This document shows positions 37,955 through 42,263 of a stretch of DNA of 42,263 bases, in pieces. Below the pieces are notes generated by a model. The model was not told the DNA's origin. It did no database searches and worked only from the letters and a program-made list of their open reading frames with translations. The translations under genes and the position numbers were made by a program. Origin of the DNA: Eubacterium sp. (GTDB lineage: Bacteria > Bacillota > Clostridia > Lachnospirales > Lachnospiraceae); the NCBI GenBank assembly GCA_022776205.1, contig JALFIK010000013.1, forward strand, positions 1 to 42,263, given 5' to 3'. How positions within the stretch are numbered: the first letter of the stretch is position 1; every line of letters starts with the position of its first letter.

Positions 37955-38848
37955 ATGAAAAAGAAGTTATTGGCATTGTTACTTGCGACAGGAATGATCA
38001 TGGGGCTTTTAACTGGCTGTGGCGGAAGCAGTGATAAACAGGAAAGCAGCACGAAGAGTGAAAGTTCCACGGAAGCTGCAGCAACGGCAAAGGCACGTAC
38101 CCTTGATGAGATCAAAAAGGACGGAAAAATTAAAATCGGTATTTTCAGTGATAAAAATCCATTTGGTTATGTGGATGAAAATGGAGAAGTGCAGGGATAT
38201 GATGTGGAATTCGGTAAGAGAATTGCCAAAGATATGCTTGGCAGTGAAGATGCTGTAGAGTTTGTTTATGTGGAAGCAGCCAGCCGGGTGGAATATCTCC
38301 AGTCAGCAAAAGTGGACATTATTCTTGCAAACTTTACCGTAACGGATGAGAGAAGCGAAAAAGTTGATTTCGCTTTACCGTATATGAAAGTTTCCCTGGG
38401 AATTGTATCTCCGGATAATGCGCTGATTAAGAGCGAGGACGAGTTAAAGGGAAAGAATCTTATTGTTGTAAAAGGTACCACAGCAGAGACGTACTTTACG
38501 GAAAATTATCCGGATGTAAAACAGACCAAATTTGACGAATATCAGGAAGCTTACGATGCTTTATTAGACGGACGTGGCGATGCCTTCTCAACAGACAATA
38601 CGGAAGTACTTGCCTGGGCAAAACAGAATAAAGGCTTCAGCGTAGGAGCAGACAGTGTCGGAGAACCGGCAGCCATTGCACCGGCAGTACAGAAAGGCAA
38701 CACAGAGCTGCTCAACTGGATCAATGATGAAATCAAATCTCTTGCAAAAGAGAACTTCTTCCACAATGATTATGATAAAACTCTCAAACCGGTCTATGGA
38801 GACAGCGTAGATGTGGACAGCATCGTAGTAGAAGGCGGAGAAATGTAA
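37955..38848 (+). CDS. Cysteine ABC transporter substrate-binding lipoprotein (CjaA-like)
   Basis: Lipobox LTGC. IGIFSDKNPFGYVD, VEAASRVEYLQSAKVDIILANFT, PYMKVSLG, IAPAVQKG and FFHNDYDKTLK closely recall Campylobacter CjaA, a cysteine-binding protein (recognised from memory, not aligned). Confidence 0.85.
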   Translation: MKKKLLALLLATGMIMGLLTGCGGSSDKQESSTKSESSTEAAATAKARTLDEIKKDGKIKIGIFSDKNPFGYVDENGEVQGYDVEFGKRIAKDMLGSEDAVEFVYVEAASRVEYLQSAKVDIILANFTVTDERSEKVDFALPYMKVSLGIVSPDNALIKSEDELKGKNLIVVKGTTAETYFTENYPDVKQTKFDEYQEAYDALLDGRGDAFSTDNTEVLAWAKQNKGFSVGADSVGEPAAIAPAVQKGNTELLNWINDEIKSLAKENFFHNDYDKTLKPVYGDSVDVDSIVVEGGEM

Positions 38849-38849
38849 T

Positions 38850-39905
38850 ATGTCTGAAATTGTAATTGAGAACCTGTGTAAAACTTTTTCCACCAAGGAT
38901 GGAACAGTGGAAGCACTGAAAAATGTAAATCTTAATATTGAATCCGGGGATATTTACGGAATTATCGGAATGTCCGGTGCCGGAAAAAGTACGCTGGTTC
39001 GCTGTATTAACTTCCTGGAAGTGCCAACTGGTGGAAAGGTTTTCATTAACGGGAAATCCCTTGGTGATTATTCTTCAAAGGAACTTAGAAAAGAAAGAGA
39101 AAAGATCGGGATGATCTTCCAGCATTTTAATCTGCTTATGCAGAAAAATGTACTGGAAAATGTCTGTTTTCCTCTTTACATTCAGGGAAAATCCAAGAAA
39201 GAAGCCAGGGCAAAAGCATTAGAGCTTTTAGACATTGTAGGTCTCGGTGACCGTACCAAGGCTTATCCGGCTCAGCTTTCCGGAGGACAGAAACAGAGAG
39301 TTGCCATCGCCAGAGCCCTGGCATCCGACCCGAAGATTCTTTTGTGTGACGAGGCGACCAGTGCTCTCGATCCTCAGACAACTTCCTCGATTTTGTCCCT
39401 TTTAGAGGACATTAACAGGAGATTTCACATTACCATCGTTATCATTACCCATCAGATGTCCGTTGTCCGGGAAATCTGTTCGCATGTGGCGATTGTCCAA
39501 AACGGGGAAGTGGTGGAAAAAGGAACGGTGGATGAAATCTTTACCCATCCGAAATCTGATGCGGCAAAGGAACTTCTAAGAAATGACAGGGGAGATGCAT
39601 CCGATACGAAAAAGGGTGGAGAATATCTTATTCAAAGTGGGGAAAAGATCCGGATCGTCTTTTCGGAAAACTCTGCATTCGAGCCGGTCATCGCCAAGCT
39701 GGTGCTGAAATTTAACGAGCCTGTCAACATCTTAAAGGCAGACACAAAAAATGTCGGTGGCGTGGCAAAGGGAGAAATGATTCTGGAATTTGCACCGGAT
39801 TGTACAAAACAAAAAGAGATGAAACAGTATCTGATCGACAGAGGACTGGAAATTGAGGAGGTAGAGGAAAATGTGGACACAGGAAGTCACAAGTATGATT
39901 ATTAA
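38850..39905 (+). CDS. metN: Methionine ABC transporter ATP-binding protein
   Basis: GIIGMSGAGKSTL, MIFQHFNLL, LLCDEATSALDP and a C-terminal NIL domain. Confidence 0.93.
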   Translation: MSEIVIENLCKTFSTKDGTVEALKNVNLNIESGDIYGIIGMSGAGKSTLVRCINFLEVPTGGKVFINGKSLGDYSSKELRKEREKIGMIFQHFNLLMQKNVLENVCFPLYIQGKSKKEARAKALELLDIVGLGDRTKAYPAQLSGGQKQRVAIARALASDPKILLCDEATSALDPQTTSSILSLLEDINRRFHITIVIITHQMSVVREICSHVAIVQNGEVVEKGTVDEIFTHPKSDAAKELLRNDRGDASDTKKGGEYLIQSGEKIRIVFSENSAFEPVIAKLVLKFNEPVNILKADTKNVGGVAKGEMILEFAPDCTKQKEMKQYLIDRGLEIEEVEENVDTGSHKYDY

Positions 39906-40530
39906 TGGTGTGTGGGCCACTCTTTATATGACACTGGCCTCCACAATTCTTGGCTATGTATTCGGCCTTCCCATGGGAATCCTGCTGGCAGTGACCGATA
40001 AGGAAGGACTGGCACCAAATGCCGTTGTCTATAAAATACTTGACGTTATCACAAACGTTGTTCGAAGTGTTCCCTTCCTGATTCTCCTGATTTTGCTCAT
40101 CCCATTTACCAGATTACTGGTGGGGCAAAGCTATGGATCTACGGCCACTGTGGTACCCCTTGTGATTGCAGCCATTCCTTTTATCGGGCGAATGGTAGAA
40201 TCCTCCATAAAGGAAGTCGATCCCGGAGTGATTGAGGCTGCCCGTGCAATGGGAGCAAGCAATATACAGATTATCATGAAAGTACTCCTTGTGGAAGCAA
40301 GAACTTCTCTGATTACCGGAGCAACCATCGCCATCGGAACCATCCTGGGATATTCTGCAATGGCAGGATGTGTCGGTGGTGGCGGTCTTGGGGATATTGC
40401 CATCCGATATGGATACTATCGGTACCAGACTGATATCATGATTGTAACCGTGGTACTCCTTGTCGTTTTAGTCCAGGTATTCCAGAGTGCGGGAATGCTT
40501 ATGGCATCTAAACTCGACAAAAGAAAATAA
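39871..40530 (+). CDS. metI: Methionine ABC transporter permease
   Basis: RSVPFLIL...PFTR, EVDPGVIEAARAMGAS and GYSAMAG.VGGGGLG.IAIRYGY. Confidence 0.95.
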   Translation: MWTQEVTSMIINGVWATLYMTLASTILGYVFGLPMGILLAVTDKEGLAPNAVVYKILDVITNVVRSVPFLILLILLIPFTRLLVGQSYGSTATVVPLVIAAIPFIGRMVESSIKEVDPGVIEAARAMGASNIQIIMKVLLVEARTSLITGATIAIGTILGYSAMAGCVGGGGLGDIAIRYGYYRYQTDIMIVTVVLLVVLVQVFQSAGMLMASKLDKRK

Positions 40531-40556
40531 ACAAAAAAGAAAGTGAGGAAACAACT

Positions 40557-41393
40557 ATGAAAAAATTTGGAGCAATTTTACTGGCGAGCGTTTTAGCATT
40601 AGGTACCTTAACCGGCTGCGGCAGCACAGACAAAAGTGCAGAATCTACAACCCAGCAGGAAAGCAAAGTAATCAAAATCGCTGCATCTGCAACACCGCAC
40701 GCAGAAATCCTTGAGGAAGCAAAACCAATCATGAAAGAAAAAGGATACGATCTGCAGATTACTGTATTCGATGACTATGTACAGCCGAATGAAGTAGTAA
40801 ACAGCGGAGAATTCGATGCGAACTATTTCCAGCACATTACTTACTTAAACGAATTTAACAAAGAAAAAGGAATGGATCTTGTCGATGCAGGAGACATCCA
40901 TTATGAACCGTTTGGAATCTATGCAGGAACTAAAAAGAGCCTCGATGAAATCGCGGACGGAGACGAGATCGCCGTACCAAACGACACAACAAATGAGGCA
41001 AGAGCTCTTCTTCTTCTTCAGGACAACGGAATCATCAAATTAAAAGACGGTGCAGGTCTTACTGCAACAGTAAATGACATTGCAGAAAACCCACACAATG
41101 TAAAAATCGTTGAGTTAGAGGCAGCCCAGGTAGCCAGAGTAACCAATGAAACCGCATTTGTCGTATTAAACGGAAACTATGCCCTTGAAGCAGGGTACTC
41201 TGTAAAGAAAGATGCCCTTGCATACGAAAAAGCAGATTCCGAAACAGCAAAAGCATATGTAAACGTTATAGCTGTAAAACCGGAGAAAGAAAACGACGAA
41301 GGCATTAAGACATTAGTCGAAGTTCTGAAATCCGATGATATTAAGAACTTTATCGATGAAAAGTATGATGGAGCGGTAGTTCCGTTTGAATAA
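40557..41393 (+). CDS. metQ: Methionine ABC transporter substrate-binding lipoprotein (MetQ/NlpA)
   Basis: Lipobox LTGC; PHAEIL, FDDYVQPN, DANYFQH, PNDTTNEARAL and NGNYAL. Confidence 0.95.
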   Translation: MKKFGAILLASVLALGTLTGCGSTDKSAESTTQQESKVIKIAASATPHAEILEEAKPIMKEKGYDLQITVFDDYVQPNEVVNSGEFDANYFQHITYLNEFNKEKGMDLVDAGDIHYEPFGIYAGTKKSLDEIADGDEIAVPNDTTNEARALLLLQDNGIIKLKDGAGLTATVNDIAENPHNVKIVELEAAQVARVTNETAFVVLNGNYALEAGYSVKKDALAYEKADSETAKAYVNVIAVKPEKENDEGIKTLVEVLKSDDIKNFIDEKYDGAVVPFE

Positions 41394-41429
41394 ATCAGAA
41401 ACCTTGATTTAAGAAAAAGATGAAATAAT

Positions 41430-41476
41430 AAGTCCCTCCACGGGAAATGAAAAACCTTGTGGAGGGGCTTTTTTTT
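41430..41476 (+). terminator. Intrinsic terminator of the ABC operon
   Basis: AAGTCCCTCCAC / GTGGAGGGGCTT stem followed by a T-run. Confidence 0.85.
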
Positions 41477-41630
41477 ATTGTATAATGTAGGAAATAATAT
41501 ATTTATTTAAAAGTGAAAATAATCAAAAACAGAAAATTGGTTCGTGGTGTTTTTATAGGACACGTCAGGGGGTAAAATAGTTGTAGATGATATTTCTTAT
41601 ACTTTTTTAAATTTTAAAGGGGGGATAGCA

Positions 41631-42263
41631 ATGCGAAAGAAACAGTACATTGCTCATATCCGGGAAGATACGGGGGAAATTCAAACAGTAAAAGAACATT
41701 GTATTAATACAGCAAATTTGTCTAGACAGTATGCGATTCCAGAACTGAAGGATATAGCTTATGTAATAGGAATGTTTCATGATGTGGGGAAGTATCAGGA
41801 AAGTTTTGTGAGAAAAATTACAACAGGGAAAAATATCCGAGTGGAACATTCCACCTGTGGAGCGTTGGTTGTTAAGGAGAAATATCCATATCCGGTAAGT
41901 ATTGTTATGGAATACTGCATTGCAGGCCATCATTCAGGAATTCCGGATGGTGGTTTTCCAGGAGATGGACCGGAGCAATCGACACTTCAGGGAAGAATGA
42001 AAAGAAATTTTGAAAATTATGAGGATTATAGAACAGATCTTGAGTTCAATGAACTAAATCAAAAAGAGTTTATGGATTTTTTAATAAAAGATTGTGATGG
42101 AAATGCGGATAAATTAATTGATAAATTTGCATTTATTACGAGATATCTTTTTTCCTGTTTGGTTGATGCCGATTCGAGTGATACAGCATCATTTTGTAAT
42201 GGTGAGGCAGAATCGAGAAAGCTTATAGCAGATTTTGAAACTTGTCTGTCAATTGTAAATCAA
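41631..42263 (+). CDS. cas3: CRISPR-associated Cas3, N-terminal HD nuclease domain; 3'-truncated by the window edge, probably type I-C
   Basis: Not in the ORF track because there is no stop. Translated by hand: MRKKQYIAHIRED...KEHC...MFHDVGKY...VEHSTCGA...IAGHHSGIPD...YLFSCLVDADSSDT, which are Cas3 HD motifs; G-rich RBS. Confidence 0.9.
   Translation, partial: MRKKQYIAHIREDTGEIQTVKEHCINTANLSRQYAIPELKDIAYVIGMFHDVGKYQESFVRKITTGKNIRVEHSTCGALVVKEKYPYPVSIVMEYCIAGHHSGIPDGGFPGDGPEQSTLQGRMKRNFENYEDYRTDLEFNELNQKEFMDFLIKDCDGNADKLIDKFAFITRYLFSCLVDADSSDTASFCNGEAESRKLIADFETCLSIVNQ

Noticed and set aside
41394-41630. CRISPR array or leader repeats upstream of cas3
   Set aside because: No direct repeats of 28-37 nt are visible; only a terminator and AT-rich sequence.

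Overview
A 42.3-kb stretch of a spore-forming Clostridia chromosome, Lachnospiraceae-like by gene content and order (inference). From left to right it holds: the 3' part of a >2,800-aa surface protein; a CpXC protein; rpmE-DUF1385-prmC-prfA-hisC; glgA; a dacB-like carboxypeptidase; a Zn-ribbon + TPM pair; gatCAB; NUDIX and LTA-synthase genes; glmS; thrS; metF; a lone microcompartment pair (EutS/PduU + EutP/PduV); ung; an ArsC/Spx protein; CDF + cbiZ; cotJABC; a 7-gene cysteine (CjaA-like) plus methionine (metNIQ) ABC uptake operon; and the 5' end of a cas3 gene running off the window. The best hidden signal is absent from the ORF track. It is a 36-codon leader ORF at 35555-35665 (MSRMNSNQMNFTGCCRCSCSCECFIERSALPAHSCQ) lying between a near-consensus sigma-A promoter and an intrinsic terminator, just upstream of the cysteine/methionine transporter operon. 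An antiterminator arm lies shortly downstream of its Cys-codon run. This is the layout of a ribosome-mediated, cysteine-sensing transcription attenuator, in a phylum where T-box and SAM riboswitches normally do this job.
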